From Stegostoma tigrinum (lineage: Eukaryota), in NCBI RefSeq assembly GCF_030684315.1, contig NC_081369.1, forward strand, positions 9,772,035-9,836,034: a DNA stretch of 64,000 bases, given 5' to 3'. The position numbers were made by a program, and so were the translations under genes. The notes beneath the pieces are model-generated. The model saw only the letters and a list, made by a program, of their open reading frames with translations, made no database searches and was not told the DNA's origin. Positions 38,025 through 52,732 of the stretch are shown here, piece after piece; the stretch's first letter is position 1; each line of letters opens with the position of its first letter.

Positions 38025-39880
38025 TGTTATTCATTTGTGGGATGTGGGTATCGCTGGTGGGCTAGCATTTGTTGCCCATTCCTAGTTGCCCTTAAGAAAG
38101 TGGTGGTGAGCTGCCTTCTTGAACCGCTGCAGTCCTCCTGCTGAGAGTTGACCCGGAATACTGTTAGGGAGGGTATTCCGGGGTTTTGATGCAGTGACAG
38201 TGAAGGAACGGCGATATATTTCCAAGTCAGGATGGTGAGTGACTTGGAGCGGAACATGGAAGTGGTGGTGTTCCCATATATCTGCTGCCCTTGTCCTTCT
38301 AGATCAAAGTGGTTGTGGGTTTGGAAGATGCTGTCTGAGGATCTTTGCATAGAACACAGAACCTAGAACATTATAGTGCAGTACAGGCCCTTCGGCCCTC
38401 GATGTTGCGCCGACCTGAGAAACCAATCTGAAGCCCATTTAACTTGCATTATTCCATTATCATCCATACGTTTATCCAATGACCATTTAAATGCCCTTCA
38501 AGTGGGCAGGTGTACTACTGTTGCAGGCAGGGCATTCCACTTGAGTAAAGAACCTACCTCTGACATTTGTCCTACATCTATCACCCCTCAATTTAAAGCT
38601 ATGTCTCCTCGTCCTAACCATCACCTCAGAGGAAAAAGGCTCTCACTGTCCACCCTATCGAAACCTCTGATCATCTTGTTTGTCTCTATTAAGTCACCTC
38701 TTAACCTCCTTCTCTCTAACGAAAACAGCCTCAAGTCCCTCAGCCTTTCCTCATTCGACCTTCCCTCCATACCAGGCAACATACTGGTAAATCTCCTCTA
38801 CACCCTTTCCAATGCTTCCACATCCTTCCTATAATGTGACGACCAGAACTGTACAAAATACTCCAAGTGCAACTGCACCAGAGTTTTGTACATCTACAAC
38901 ACGACCTCATGGCTCCGAAACACAATCCCTCTAACAATAAAACCTAACACACTGTACGCTTTTGCAGTGCATCTTGTAGATAGTACACAATGCTGCTACT
39001 GAGCATCGATGGTGGAGTGGGTGAATGTTTATGGATGTGGTGCCAATCAAGCAGGCTGCTTTGTCCTGGATGGCATTAAGCTTGAGTGTTGTTGGGGCTG
39101 CACTCATCCAGGCAAGTGGAGTCTATTCCATCACACTCCTGACTTGTGCCTTGTAGAGGGTGGACAGACTTTGGGGAGTCAGGAGGTGAGTTACTCACTG
39201 CAGTATTCCCAGTTTCTGGCCTGCTCTTGCTGCCATTCTGTTAATGCGGTGAGTCCAGTTGAGTTTCTGGTCAATGGTGACCCCCAGAGTGTTGGTACTG
39301 GGGGATTTAGTGATGGCAACACCATTGAATGTCAAGGGGCGGTGGTTAGATTGTCTCTCATTGGTGATGGTCATATCTGGCATTTGTGTGGCTGAATGTC
39401 ACTTGCCACTTGTCAGCCCAAACCTAGATATAATCCAGATCTTATTGCATATGAACGTGGGTTGCTTCAGTATCTGAAGAGTCACAAATGATGCTGAACA
39501 TTATGCAATCATTGGCGAACATCTCCACTTCTGATTTAATTATGGAGGGAAGGTATTTGATGAAGCAGTTGAAGATGGCCGGTCCTAGGACACAACCCTG
39601 TGGAGCTCCTGCAGAGATGTCCTGGAGCTAAGATGATTGACCTCTCACAACCATGACCAGCTTCCTGTGTGTCAGGTATGACTCCAACGACTGGAGCTTG
39701 CCCCCTGATACCCATTGATTCCAGTTTTGCCAGGGGTCCTTGAGACCACACTCGGTCAAACGCAGCCTTGATATCAAGAGCTTTCGCTCTCACTTCACAT
39801 CTGGAATTCAGCTCTTTTTTCCACATTTGAACCAAGGCTGTAACGAGATCAGGAGCTGAGTGGCCTTCGCGTAACTCTAA
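38025..39880 (-). mobile_element. CR1/L2-group LINE 3' part with a second CR1 fragment nested at about 38350-38960
   Basis: ALDIKAAFDRVWSQG..KLESMGIRG, LGVTIDQKLNWT.H; related 3' ends at about 12010-12500 (-) and 14850-15400 (+). Confidence 0.8.
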
Positions 39881-40996
39881 CGGGCTGGATTTGCTTTCGC
39901 TCAAGATGGCAGCTGGCTCTCACCCCCATTTTCAAAGATCCCTTCTTATAAACCCTCAAATGACACATCAGTTTCTTGATGGTTGGCTTCAGGTTGTCAA
40001 AACCATCAGTTTTAAATTCAATCTATTTTCAATCACTGAGTTTTTGGGTTCAATTAATTGGCTGAATCCAGCTTGTTGCCAAAACAGCAAAACATGTCTG
40101 CTATAAGAGATAACAAGGTGTAGAGCTGGATGAACATGCAGCATCAGAGGAGCAGGGAAGCTGAAGTTTAGGCTCAAGCCTGCCAACTGTGAGGCCTTTT
40201 GATCCCCTTGTTTCAATTTAGGGCTGTCCAGACAACATTTGCAAACTTCCAAACACAGACAAAGCACAATATTTTATTTCCCCACTATCATTTGGACAAA
40301 CAAATTCTAACTTACTGCCTTCCAATTCATGAGTATTCTACACAACTTCATAATAGTTTCCATCTCCAATTCCCTATGACATACATTGATTACTCTGCGT
40401 AAAAGAAGTTCTCCTGATATCGATCCTGAATTTATGTTACATCAGTTTTCATAAAATGTTTGGTGCTTTGACAGTGAAACAGAAAAAGTGCAATTACGTA
40501 AAGTATACTGCTGGACAGAGTACTGTTCACTGTTACCTCTACTGAACTTTTCCAAACTGAGCCAAAGTCTTCTATAGTCTCACATCTATCAAATCGTGGG
40601 TATCATTTAACAAATCTTCAGTATGGAGTAGATTGATGAGGGCTTTTGATTCAACACAGGTTCACTGTGTTAAATTAGAAATGGAATATGTACAGATGCA
40701 GCTGACAAATTTTCACACAATAACAAATAATCAGTTTCACAGAATACAAGGTAAATGTGCAGGTTACAGCAAGAGAAAATGCAACTCATCAGAATGGGTC
40801 CACTAATGTATTAAATCCACATGGATCAGCAATACCTCAATAAATGTGGAATTGACTGTTGTTCACTCTGTACCTGTATTTTGATTTATCTCTTTGGCCA
40901 ATTTAGTTTTTTGGTCTCATGTTGACAGGACATTTCTTCACAACTCAACAACTGGTTAGTACTGGATTTTGGTAGAGTGAAACCATCATCTCCTAC

Positions 40997-41126
40997 CTTC
41001 ACATCCACAGTACAATGGCAAATAGAGAACAAACTCTGAATTTTCCACGTTGTTATCATGGATAACTGTGTAGCATCCATTTCTCCAATAATCGCAATTC
41101 CCCTCGGCAAACTGGAACACCAGGAT
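40997..41126 (-). pseudogene. OGFOD1: OGFOD1 pseudo-exon 11
   Basis: PGVPVCRGELR[+1]YWRNGCYTVIHDNNVENSEFVLYLPLYCGCE (cf. [21 protein letters not shown]...EFALDLILYCGCE). Confidence 0.9.
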
Positions 41127-42279
41127 CTGAGAAGGACAGACTAACAAAATTCCTTCATAAGTTTTAAATCATTGCTTCTAACACAGTGAAAAATTCTACA
41201 TTAATGTGACCTGTTACTTTTACTTACAACATATTATCACATTTTGTACATGTAGCTTCACTAGTCACCCCAACTCCTCCCCTCCATCTCCTCCTTCCCC
41301 CAAACATCTGGAAGTATGGGTACAGTTTCTAGATTTTGCCGAAGCACATGACTGTATCACAGAGACAGATTCCTGACATGCTGCTGAGCTATTAAGTTTA
41401 GAAGATATTTCCAGCAGCTGAACGCCAAGATTGATTTCACCAGCATCAGCACACCTCTGACACTATTATGTTTCCTTCCAGCTCCTCTTTTGATGCCTTC
41501 TGTTTTCCTCCTAAGAGCAGGCGAAGGCGAGTAGACCATTCACTTCATCTGCAAATTGAGCTCAAACCAAGTGGTACATAATCTGAGTGTTACATTAATT
41601 CACACTTCAGTCTAAGACCAGCTCCAAAGAAGTATTTGAATGCACCATGACCTCATCTACTCACACGTTGAAGTCTAAAACTCTGGGGGTCCGTATTAAA
41701 CTAGCTTATGCAAAGGCTTTTAAAAAATTATTTCATAGGCTGTGAGCAACATTGGCAAGGCCAACATTTGCTGTTCATCTGTAATTACTTTTGAGAATCA
41801 GGAGGTGAGGCAACATTGAGTGTGAATACACCCACAACCCTAACTTTGTTAGGAATAATTCCAGGACTGGTGTTGGATATATAAGTCATCAGTGGTGTCT
41901 AATACTGGGCACAAATAGAAAATGCTTGTTGGGCCCAATTTTGTCTGCTTCCTGAAAGGCAGTTCAGGTTAATATTTTCCTCAATGTCCACAACAGCCTC
42001 ATTAGCTTTGTAAACACCTGAAAATCATATCTAAGGATTGATCTTTATCATTCAGTACTACACCAGGGCATGGAATTTAGGTCACTGGAGCACCTTATCT
42101 AATTTATATTAAACCATCCAGTGATACACTCAGTCTTCAATTTGTGCATTTAGGTATCTAAAAGCAGAAATTTAATTTAACATGATTACACTGAGCTCAT
42201 TTAAAAATATATTAATTCTTATCCTCTAATATCAATTATTAATGTACTAGAGTCCAGAATGGTTTTCAGTGAAACTTAC

Positions 42280-42587
42280 TTTTGGAACTCTCACGTAGAA
42301 CCTCAATTTTCTTTAGTTTAATATTTTCTCTCCCTTTTTTCCCTATCTTTTCCCATCTGTTGAATCACATTTGTTTCTTTTCTCAAAGCTAGAACATGTG
42401 TGTTCATGGCCATTATGCTCCTCTGTTTCACTCTCCTGCTCAGCTGCATCATTATTAGAGGCTGCAAGAAAATGCAGTTTTAAGCCACTAAAATTGGCCA
42501 GAAGCATGATCATACCGCAGAACAAAAGAGCTCATACACTTGGCAAGCATATCAGGGAGGCCCTCTTCCTTTGCTTGATCATAACAT
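42280..42587 (-). pseudogene. OGFOD1: OGFOD1 pseudo-exon 10
   Basis: CYDQAKEEGLPDMLAKCM[-1]LFCSA[-1][27 protein letters not shown]... plus an acidic linker with an in-frame TAG (cf. [33 protein letters not shown]). Confidence 0.9.
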
Positions 42588-45458
42588 CTGTGAAACAAAG
42601 GGGGTAATACCACATTATGAATCATATATTTTGGAAATAATAGAACCAGATAGCAGTATTTCAAAATGAAATTTGTCACTTATTTTAGTGGCAAAAGAGG
42701 AATCAGTCATTATTCTGAGGTGTGTAATAAACTTCAGTATCAGTCAGGCTCCTCATAACATCTAAATATTGAAAGATCCCGTTAAATTACTCAACATTAG
42801 AAGGGCATTTCATGCTCTCTAGGGCAGAGATGCAAGCTGAGGTTAAGCCTTTAGCTGAAATGTAATGCAAATGGGCATAAGTTACCTGTCAGACCATGAG
42901 CATGTCAGACAATGGCAAAGGAGGACGCTGAATCAAGAGGGAGAAAACAAGGGAAAAGACCATCTCCAGAAGCAGGCTCACGACGAGGGGCCACATGTTT
43001 GGGGCAGATGTGAGGAAGAACACTTTTACCCAGTGGGTGATGATGGTCTGGAATGCAGTTTGGGGGAGTGGCAGAGGCAAATGGCCTCACATCCTTTAAA
43101 AAGTACCTGCATGAGTACTTAGCATGTCAGAACATTCAAGGCTACGTGCCATGTGCTAGTAAATGGGATAAGGTTGAAGATCACTTGTCAGTGCAGGCTC
43201 GATGGGGCAAAGGGCCTATTCTGCACTGAATGATTTTATGATTCCAAAGGGAGCGAGATGCCAGTTTAAGATCAAAAATGGAAGTTGAATTTTCATGGCT
43301 ATAAATGCAATTAATCTGTTTATCAAATAAGCCAGAATACCACATTATCATGACAGACCAAATGGCAAGATTAAAAAAACAGGTTCCTCAATCATGATAT
43401 GAACAAGAACACAGTAATCGGAGTTTTCTTCAAAAAGATAGCTGGCAACCCAGCTGTGTAAACAAAAGCTTCAGTTTTCTTCCCATCAGATCTGTTAAAG
43501 CTACAAAATAATTCAAAGCGAGGTACTGTGTTACAACAACACCATACTAATAGTCTTCAATAGTCAACAAATAGTCAACAACTATACAGAACTCCTCAGT
43601 CATACTGTTACAAGGAATAAAAGGATCAAAAGTACGCCCATTATACAATCTGACAAACCAGGTATCAAGACCCTTAAATCCCTTCTCATTTATGTGAAAA
43701 GAAATGGTTTGACATTGAAATTATACAAAAGTTTAATGGTTTTGCATTCTTGACAGAAGTGCAAACAATAATGCTTTGTTTTCTAAAGGAGGAAGTGCTG
43801 TTGTCTCCCAATCCAGGTTTAGACCTGCAGGATTTGTCAGTAAAATGGAAGATTACAAAACTTTCCTCTAGCATCTGCTCCACCAATGCTTTTCTTTCTA
43901 CATAACAGGAGGAAAATGTAGCTGTTACAGGGTGCCAATACAGTCAAGGCAGTCCCTTTGTATTATACATTGCTAGAAGAAAATAAATCATTTACTCCAT
44001 GGAATTGCACATCAAGTTGGTGTTAGGGTGCAGAGATAGAGTCCCTGCCTCTGAGCCAGAAGTTTCTGGCTCAAGATTCACTCCAGGACTCAATGGCCAC
44101 TGAAAATGAGTTCATAATGGAGCCAATGGTTGAATATCAACTTGTTAATCCTTGCAACATATACCAATTGCAAGCAGTAAGACAGTGATGGCATTCCTGG
44201 TCAGGCATGTGATGCAAAGTAATTGGAGTCTCAAAGAACCATTATCCATTGGTCAAGGATTCAACATGCATGTAAAGATATGTTTTGATACAGCAACTAA
44301 CATTCTTCGACAGCCGGTTGAGTCAGGTGGCTGGACACCCAGAGTGGATTCCAATGGTGCCAACAACATGGGGTTCAAACCACACTCCAGTTAAGGATTC
44401 AGAACCTACCTCATTACCTTCCTGTGATGGAGGCTGCGGCACCACCAGGACAGAGCTGCTTATTGGCCATAAAACTGAGACAACTGTGCACATCTTATAT
44501 TTCTAGAAACAACTGAATATAGTTGACCACCTGGAGATATTTTGGGTCATTCTTTGAGGATGAAAGGTGCACATAAATGCAAGTTCTTTCTAAATAAACG
44601 GATTTACAGAAGAAGAAAAACAGGAAAGATCATAACCAGCGCATTCAACAATTGAGAGTCCAAAGCAGCAATTTAAAGAATGGCAGCTTTTCTTTGAACT
44701 TTTTATTAATTTGATACTGCAAAATGGCTTTTATCCGATCTTAGTGATTTGAGCACAGCATTTTTCAAGGAATTGGCACATACTGTCCGATAACTAGTTC
44801 TATAGTGCAGGACTAAAAATTGTAACAATAGAATCCACTTTACGCGTATTCCTTCAATTTATCTGAAGACGGACCAAATTAATCTGAGGCAAAAATTTCT
44901 TCAAGCACCTTAGCTGTCCTGTGCAGTACAGTAAAGTTAAAAGAAAGTTTGCTTACTTTAAATCATACAATGCAGCTTCAAATAATAATACCAACAAATG
45001 ACCCCAATTCTACTTCAGTGGATCTTCCTGCTTGGTCCGAATAGAAGAATGCTTTCCATCCTACAATCCTGGGTCAGGACTTTTCTCCTTTCGGTTTTAT
45101 GTTTATTGCTGCCTTCTTGACTGGACCCAGTTTCCAAATGCCAGACCAACTTTCAGTGTCTATATTTCTTCAATTCCAGTGTCAACTTTTGGTCAAAAAC
45201 TAACAGCCTCATTTTCCCCACAAGAGTATATTCTTTTAAAATTAATGTATGTCAACAATATATGACAAACATTGTCTTTTTTAAAAAAAATCACTTACGA
45301 ATAAAATTGGACATCGTAAACCAACATCGGAACTAAGAATACAATTCACCTTATTGCAAATATCACTAAAACATGTCCATTTTCCTGAACGGGCTGCACA
45401 AACATTTTTACAAGGGTTCGCGCCTTTCTACCAAATCAATCCCAGACTAAACTTACAC

Positions 45459-45562
45459 CTTAAGAAAAATTCTTCGCAAGTATCTCTAATTCCTCCTGGA
45501 TATCGGCCAGAGTTGAAACATCAACGTAAATTGGGTTGATCCAGTCTTTCAGAATTTCCTTC
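45459..45562 (-). pseudogene. OGFOD1: OGFOD1 pseudo-exon 8
   Basis: EILKDWINPIYVDVSTLADIQEEL..EILAKNF[+1]LK (cf. HEILYDWINPTYLD...IQEEFEESSEILLKEFLK); frameshifts and a small deletion; AG/GT intact. Confidence 0.85.
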
Positions 45563-45849
45563 CTGAAAAATAATAAAAAGAAGCAAACATGTTTATTTTA
45601 CTGGTGTCAGTGCAATCATGAGGTCAGCCCAATGCGTCAGCATCCTGCTTTGTTCCATAATGGCATTAAATTCCTCAACTACACTAAAGAATTTACCCCA
45701 AACATTGGAAATCTTCAACTTTTTGCCTGTCCCTCTGGATTTCTGACATTTCTTAAAACCTAATACTTTTGAATATGTGGTTATGTGTCTCAACTATGTA
45801 TTGTAATGTTCGAGACAAGCATCTTGGCCATTTAGCTAAGTAAAACATA

Positions 45850-46187
45850 GGAGCAGCATGGTGGCTCAATAGCTATTATTGCTGTCTCACAGCACCAGGG
45901 GCCCAGGTGCAATTCCACCCTTGGGTGACTGTTTGGAGTTAGTACATTCACCCTGGGTGCTCCAGTTTCCTTTCACAGTCCAAAGATAAGCAGATTAGGT
46001 GGATTAGCTATGCTAAATCACTCACAGTATCCAGGGATGTGTAGATTAGGTGAATTAGCCGTGGGAAATGCAGGGTTGCAGAGAAAGGGTAGGTGGGTAG
46101 ATTTGGGAGGGATGCTCTTCGAATGAGTCGGGTTGACACGATGGGCTGAATGGTCTACTTCTACACTGTAAGGATTCTATGATTCTA
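45850..46187 (+). mobile_element. older HE1-type V-SINE
   Basis: Diverged A/B boxes, cagtccaaagat core, gattctatgattcta tail. Confidence 0.75.
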
Positions 46188-47590
46188 ACATACTATATGA
46201 GTAGAACTTGTGATTGGTGTTCTTTCTGCATCACAACTCAGTCTATTCCTGAGAAGTTCCAGAACTTTTCGCAATAACTAAATACGAGAACACAGGAAAA
46301 ACGTTTTAATTGTTGAATAATTAGGTCATAGCCCATTATTAATAAAATGATGCAAAGGCTTCTTGTAAAAGAAGTCGGGCGCTCCACTAGGTTGTACCCA
46401 GTTGCCAGAGGCAAGAGGCCCAAGTAGGGTAATCGTGAGATGGTCGTGGTTAAAGGGGTCAAATGTGGAATGATCGCTAGCATAGAGATTCAAATTTGCT
46501 AGTTAGTAAAGAAGGCCAAAATAAATTATTGAGGTGCTTGCCAGAAAATTATTGTGTCACCTCCGTGCAAACTGTGAGAACGTTATGTTATTTGGGGGTG
46601 AGGCGCAAGATCTGTAGGAATCGTAGTGACATACCTCAGACAGCAGTGGGGAAGAAGATCTGTAAGAAGTGGTGAATCACTGAGTACCTGTAACATTGGA
46701 GTTTGGCCAATAGGAGCACCAAGTATTGATTAGAGGGGGTTATGAGGAGAATTCACGCAATTAAAACATTTGTAACACCTACAATTTTTACTCCTGCAAG
46801 AGCCGTGAGTAATTGAGAACATGGAAACAGTTTGAAAAAATGCACGGATTTGCACTTTCCTCACGGCTGTTCACTATGTCAGAGCTCCATGGCAGTCACT
46901 GCTTCCTCAAAGCTCGCAAACCCAAAATTTTAGCTTATAACCCTATTTGTGTTCACAGGCACGGTGTGGGATGGGGCGGGGCGGGGGAGGTTATACAGTG
47001 AATCTTCAAATTCTAAATTAAAATGCAAAATCCAACAAGATCTGCTACGACAAATCTGGGTCATCTTGCTGGCTCAGAATCAGGTTACTTCTCAAGCTCA
47101 AAAATTGGATATGTATTGTAATTTACCAGAAGATCACTGGGTTTATAGGAATGTATTTTGAGGCCAGGTTGCATAAAGATGACTTGTATTCTCCAGAGCA
47201 TGGTAAACTGAAGGGGGATCTGGTTGAAATGCTTGAAAGGTTAAGTGGGTTTGTGTTGAAAAACTATTTCCTCCAGTGAAGGAAATCAAGAATATGGAGT
47301 TATAATCTTAAAATATAAAAGTGAGTCTATTTAGGAGGGAAATCAGGAAACAAATTTTCATTCGAAAGATAGAAGAATTCTGGAACTCTTTCCACCAAAG
47401 GATGTGGGTGATGGCTGAATTTTAAATACTGTGATACATGGGTTTTGCATCTTGTCTCAATTGCCTTGCACCGAATTTAAACTGAGTTTTAGAATTCAAA
47501 CAATAATATATTGTGCAGCAGCATTTAGCTCCCATTCCCCAAAAATTTAAGTATGCTGGTTGTGACCAGGATGGTCAAATCTGCACTTCC

Positions 47591-47721
47591 ATTACTTGCA
47601 ATATGTGGATATCGATTAGAAAGAGATTTGATATAATGACCTGGCCTCTCCAATGACTGCCCATGAAACCAGCCTTCTGACAGAGAGGCGATACTTTGAC
47701 TCCCAACAGAACTTCAGACAC
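47591..47721 (-). pseudogene. OGFOD1: OGFOD1 pseudo-exon 7
   Basis: VSEVLL[+1]ESKYRLSVR[+1]GWFHGQSLERPGHYIKSLSNRYPHIASN (cf. [23 protein letters not shown]...); 131 nt = 43 codons + 2; donor GGAAGT (GT lost). Confidence 0.88.
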
Positions 47722-48129
47722 CTGATTAGGGAAGGTATGCAGCATAGCACCGAGCATCAAATTTTAAAACAATGAAAAATTCTACACATTGCTCTAAGAA
47801 AAAAATGTATGCTGCCTAATAGATTCTCATGACAACAATGAATGGTTTTGCAAATAGCAAGCACTCCTCCATAAGAAATAAAACAATGGGAATACTTATT
47901 TCACCTTGCTATGTGACACTGAAACCAAACCAGTGCAAAAGCTACAAATTACACTTATAATGTCAAATGGTGGTAGATATTGCTACTCAAGCCCCAAAAA
48001 GGTCATAGTCAGATGAAGAATACTAAGCATACACTGTACCATTTCTGAGATTTCTATTTAAGCTTGAGTTAGTTGTTTTGAGTAAGTATAAATGGAGGCA
48101 TTCCCACAGTGCTGCATTGTCTGCACTTA

Positions 48130-51100
48130 CTGTTACTTGGGGTGTTCAGAGTTGGTGAGTTAAGTGGGAGTTCAGTGAAGAGAAGAGGTATTCTTTCATA
48201 TTCCTCTGTTTACACTCTCTGTAAATGGTTCTTAATTCAGTATGGGAGAAGAAAACGATCAGTGAGGGATTCTAAATTTTCTACTACTTTCATCAAAATA
48301 AATGGCTTTAAATTTGAGAGATGGTAAGTCATATCAGTCAGGTCGAGTGTACATCCAGCAATATTTGCAAAGTCGCAGGCTCATCATCTGTTTCAAATGA
48401 ACACAGTTGCAGGCTGCACAAGCTTCACCACCAAATTTTGGAACTTGAGCAATGGTTCAAATCACTATGGCACACAAAGAAGGCAGATGACAACATGGAT
48501 AGCATGTTTAGGAAGTGATAACACCACAGTTTAGAAGTGTCAAACAGCTTAGGAATGGGTGACCACCAGGTGGTCTAAGAATCCAGCAGACAATGGAGGA
48601 GTGCCCCATGTCTATTTTGCTTGATAATCAGCATACCATTATGGATACTGGTGAGGGTTTTGGCAACTCATGAGCATGCAACCAGAGCCAAATTGGTGGC
48701 ACCGCATGTGGCTAAGTTGTACTAGGCAAGAAGGTACATGTCGAGGAAGAATAGTGGAGCAGAATAGACATGGGGATTCCATACCCTGCAGAGCAGACAG
48801 ACATTTCTGTGGCACTTGACATGACTCTGGTACAGTACATTGTATCATACTTTACCTGGGCAGTAAGTAGGTAAAGTGGCTGGAGGGCATTCTTCTACGG
48901 TAGGGTAATACAAATTGGTACCAATAAATTTGGGTGGGAATGGGAATGAAGTTCTGAAAGATGACTTCAGGGAGCTAGGTAGGAGTTTGAAAAGCAAGAC
49001 AGTAGTCTCAAGTCCCTAATACCATTTAGAATAGTCATAGGACATTGGGGGGCAAACTCAAGAGCAGGGAATGGGAGGAAGAAGCTTAGCGAGTACTCTG
49101 AAATGCACAGGAAACAGGTTAAGACAGCATGTAAATACAAGAATATACTGAATCAAACCAATGAGCTGACAGCATATATGGCAGCAATATATCACTGATA
49201 ACAATGAACTCTTTGCTTAAAGGGGGCAATAACGGCAGCTCAACATCCCTGCAAAGTGAGTATTTAGCTAGGACAGTGAAAGGGCTTAAAAAATGGAGGT
49301 AGGACATTATCGATTCAAGAATAAATCAGTTATGATGAGGGACGATACACTAATTGAAACATGAAACGAGGCCATAAGGGTTAAGGTCAAAAACAAAAAA
49401 TAGGAGCAGCCGCAGTGTTAGGTATGCATTATGAACTCCCAAATAGTGGGAGAGAGTTAAAGAAATATGTTTTAGGCAAGCTGTTGAGTGCAAAATCAAT
49501 ATGATAACATAGCTAGGGACATCAATGACCCGAACAACAATTGAGAATCAAACAATGTGATGGCACAGAGTGCTCAAGTCTCGAACTATATTCAAAGTAA
49601 CTTTTCTAGCCACCGAAAAATATCCCAATGAATAGGTTTTATTTCCAGATATAGTCTTAGGAAATAAAGTTGGACAGGTGATTGAAGTTGTAGTGGATGA
49701 CAATTTTGGAGGTAGTGATCATAATAAGTTGATTTTGCGTCATCACAAAAAGGGACAAACTAGATGAGGTGTAAAATTTCTAAACTGGAGACGGGCAAAC
49801 TTTATAAAGCTGAGAAATGATCTCAAAAAAGCGGATATGTTACAGCTACTTGAAGGAAAATAGGTGGTTAATCAGTGGGCAACATTCGTAAGTGAGAATC
49901 TCCAGCCACACAGTCGACATGTCCCCCCACAAGAAAAAAAGGGTGGCAGCGCCAAATCTCCATATCCATGGATATCTGGAAGCATGCACAGTAAGATAAA
50001 GCAGAAAAGTAGAGCTTACTTCAATCTGGAAAACAGAAATAGTTTAGGAAACTTGCATGACATAGAAAGAATGGGAGAAAGTGAGAAAGGAAATTAGGAA
50101 AGCAAAGAAAGAAGAGAAAAAAAAATTAGCCTGTAAACTTAAGGAAAATCCAAAGGTGCTCCATTGGCATCTTTAGCGAAGAGGATGGTGAAGGAAAAAG
50201 TTGGACTTATCTGAAATGCACGTGGCAACTTTTGTGTGGATGCAGAAGTTGTAGACAGGGTTTTTGTCTTCACAAAGGAGAAGGGTAATGCAGAAATTCC
50301 AGCTCGGTAGGCAAATTACCAGGATGGAAAGTAATCTAAGCTGTTAGAGGAAAGAGGGAGGCAATAACAGATGCTTGGAAGTTCATTTACTAAAGCTTGC
50401 TAGATATAGGGAAGATACCAGAGAACTGGAGGTCTATGAACATCACCCGATTATTACTCAGGGATGAGCAGATAATGATAGATCAGTTCGTCTGACTTCT
50501 ATGAAGGGAGAATTATTAGAATACACATTATGAGGTAGGATTAACTGTTATTCAGGAAAGCACATATTATTTAGGTTTTGTTAAGCATGGTTTTGTAAAG
50601 TGAATGTTGGGCTTACTAATTTAATTAACTTTTTCAAGACATAACAAAGAGGAAGGATGAGGTTAGTGCAGCGAATGCTGTCAACGTGAATCTTGGTACG
50701 GTATTTGACAAGGTTCTAAATGGCAGACTGGTCAGAAAAATTCAACTCCACAGGATACTGGGGAATGTGGTGAATTGGATTCAAAGTTGACTCCAGTGGC
50801 AGAAAACAACAATTAACAGATGTATTGGGAAAGGAAAGTGATTTCCAATGGTGTTTCATGGGGTTTAGATGTGTTGTTTGTGGCATATTTTAATGATGGA
50901 TTTAAAGATGACAGGCACAATTGAAAAAAACTTCATAGAACATGACAATTGCCAGGCAGTGAAGAGGATGACTGTCGATCACACGATGATATTAACAGTT
51001 TAGTTGGATGGTTGGAAATATGGCAAATAGAATTCATTCCAAAGAATTCTGAGTTTACTCAGCTGGGGATAGGAAAACAAAGCAAGGAAATAAATGGGAC

Positions 51101-52165
51101 AGTGTTGACAGGGGCAGACGTAGTGAAAGACCTTAGAGTGCATGCCAACAGATACCCAGAAGTGGCAGGACAGGTAAATAAGGTGGTGAGGAAACCACAA
51201 GAAATGCTTTCCTTTACTGCACAAGGTGCTGAATATAAAAGCAGAGATAGGAATACAAAATACTGATACTGAATACAAAAGCAGAAACGGGAGGGGGGGG
51301 GCAGCACGGTGGCTCAGTGGTTGGCACTGCAGCCTCACAGTGCCAGGGACCCAGGTTTCCAGCCTCAGGCGACTGTCTGTATGGAGTGTGCACATTCTCC
51401 CCGTGTCTATGCGGGTATCCTCCAGGTGCTCCGGTTTCCTGCCACAGTCCAAAGATGTGCAGGTTAGGTAGATTGGCCAAGCTAAGTTGCCCGTAGTGTT
51501 CAGGGGTGTGTGGGTTATAGGGGGATGGGTCTGGGTGGGATGCTTCAAAGGGCGATGTGGACTTTTTGGGCCGAAGGGCCTGTTTCCACACTGTAGGGAA
51601 TCTAATCTAATCTATAATGCTGGAGCTATTTAAGACATTGGTCATTCCACAGGGTGGAGATTCTTGGACAGTTCTTACAGGAAGAATGTAATTGCCCTGT
51701 TGACAGCACAGAGAAAATTTACAAAAATGTTGCCAAGGTTTACATTTATGAGAACATATTGGATAAGCAAGACTTATTTTCCGTTAAACAGAGGAAGCTG
51801 AGGCCTAATTAATTCAGGTGTACAAGGTAATGAGGGGTTTTGCTAACATGGAGAAGAAAGACCTGATTCCCTGAGCAAAGAAACACAGATCTAAAGTGAC
51901 TATTAGAAGGACGAGCGTGCACAATCGTAAATAAGTGATAACTTGATAATAAGTGTCTGGAATTTGGTGCCCAGTTGCAGTAGTTAGGGTGGAAAACCTC
52001 AGTTCATTTACAAGGAAATTTGGTCAGCACAAGGAGCACTGTAACCTGTATGGCTATGGACCATGCGGTGGAAAGTAGGATTTGAATGAATGGATGGCCA
52101 GTTTATTCATGTACTATGGGCTGAATAGGATTTTCTACACTGCAATGTTTACTTCGTTCTATCCA
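48130..52165 (+). mobile_element. decayed near-full-length CR1-type LINE (ORF1 esterase-like region, APE endonuclease, RT)
   Basis: IGTN..G...EVLK.DFRELGRSLKSK (ORF1, about 48.9 kb), FGGSDHN (APE, about 49.7 kb), FDKV..GRLVRK (RT, about 50.7 kb), 3' tail at about 52.15 kb; many stops. Confidence 0.75.
51293..51613 (+). mobile_element. HE1-type V-SINE inserted in CR1 RT
   Basis: Same structure as the 28.4 kb copy; (AATCT)n tail. Confidence 0.88.
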
Positions 52166-52732
52166 TAAGGGCATAGATTCAACCAGACCTTAAACCTTTA
52201 TTTACAGGGTGCATGAGTTCCACTGAGCCAGGTTTTGGACACCCAACCCAGTTTAATGTGTTTACGTGGGGCAATAAGAAGCCAACAGTGAGAAGGGCAC
52301 ACTTCCCAAGATGAGAACTGCAACATGTTTTGAACAAGTAAAAGCACCCAAGGGGATAATTAACCATAGCCAGTTTGGCACATTAATTGGTGCAACATCT
52401 GGTATAACTTTATTCTGGCTGTCTCTGGACCCAGAATTTATGTAGTCAGCTGTATGCAATTACTGCATGCAAAGACCATGCCTCTATCTACACACTGACT
52501 GCCTCATGAACTCCCTGGCATTCATCTACCCCATTCTTCTCACAAAGAAAGACTGGGAAACCCACATTCACAACATTACAGGCACTCAAGAGCAGACCAA
52601 AACCAAAATACTTTGCAGAAACATCTCATCAATGTACCTGTAAACAAGAACTAAATAGTCTCAAAATTATTATGCACAGTATGACCACAAATTGTCATCA
52701 TGAGATTATCTTAAATATTGTTACATTCATAC

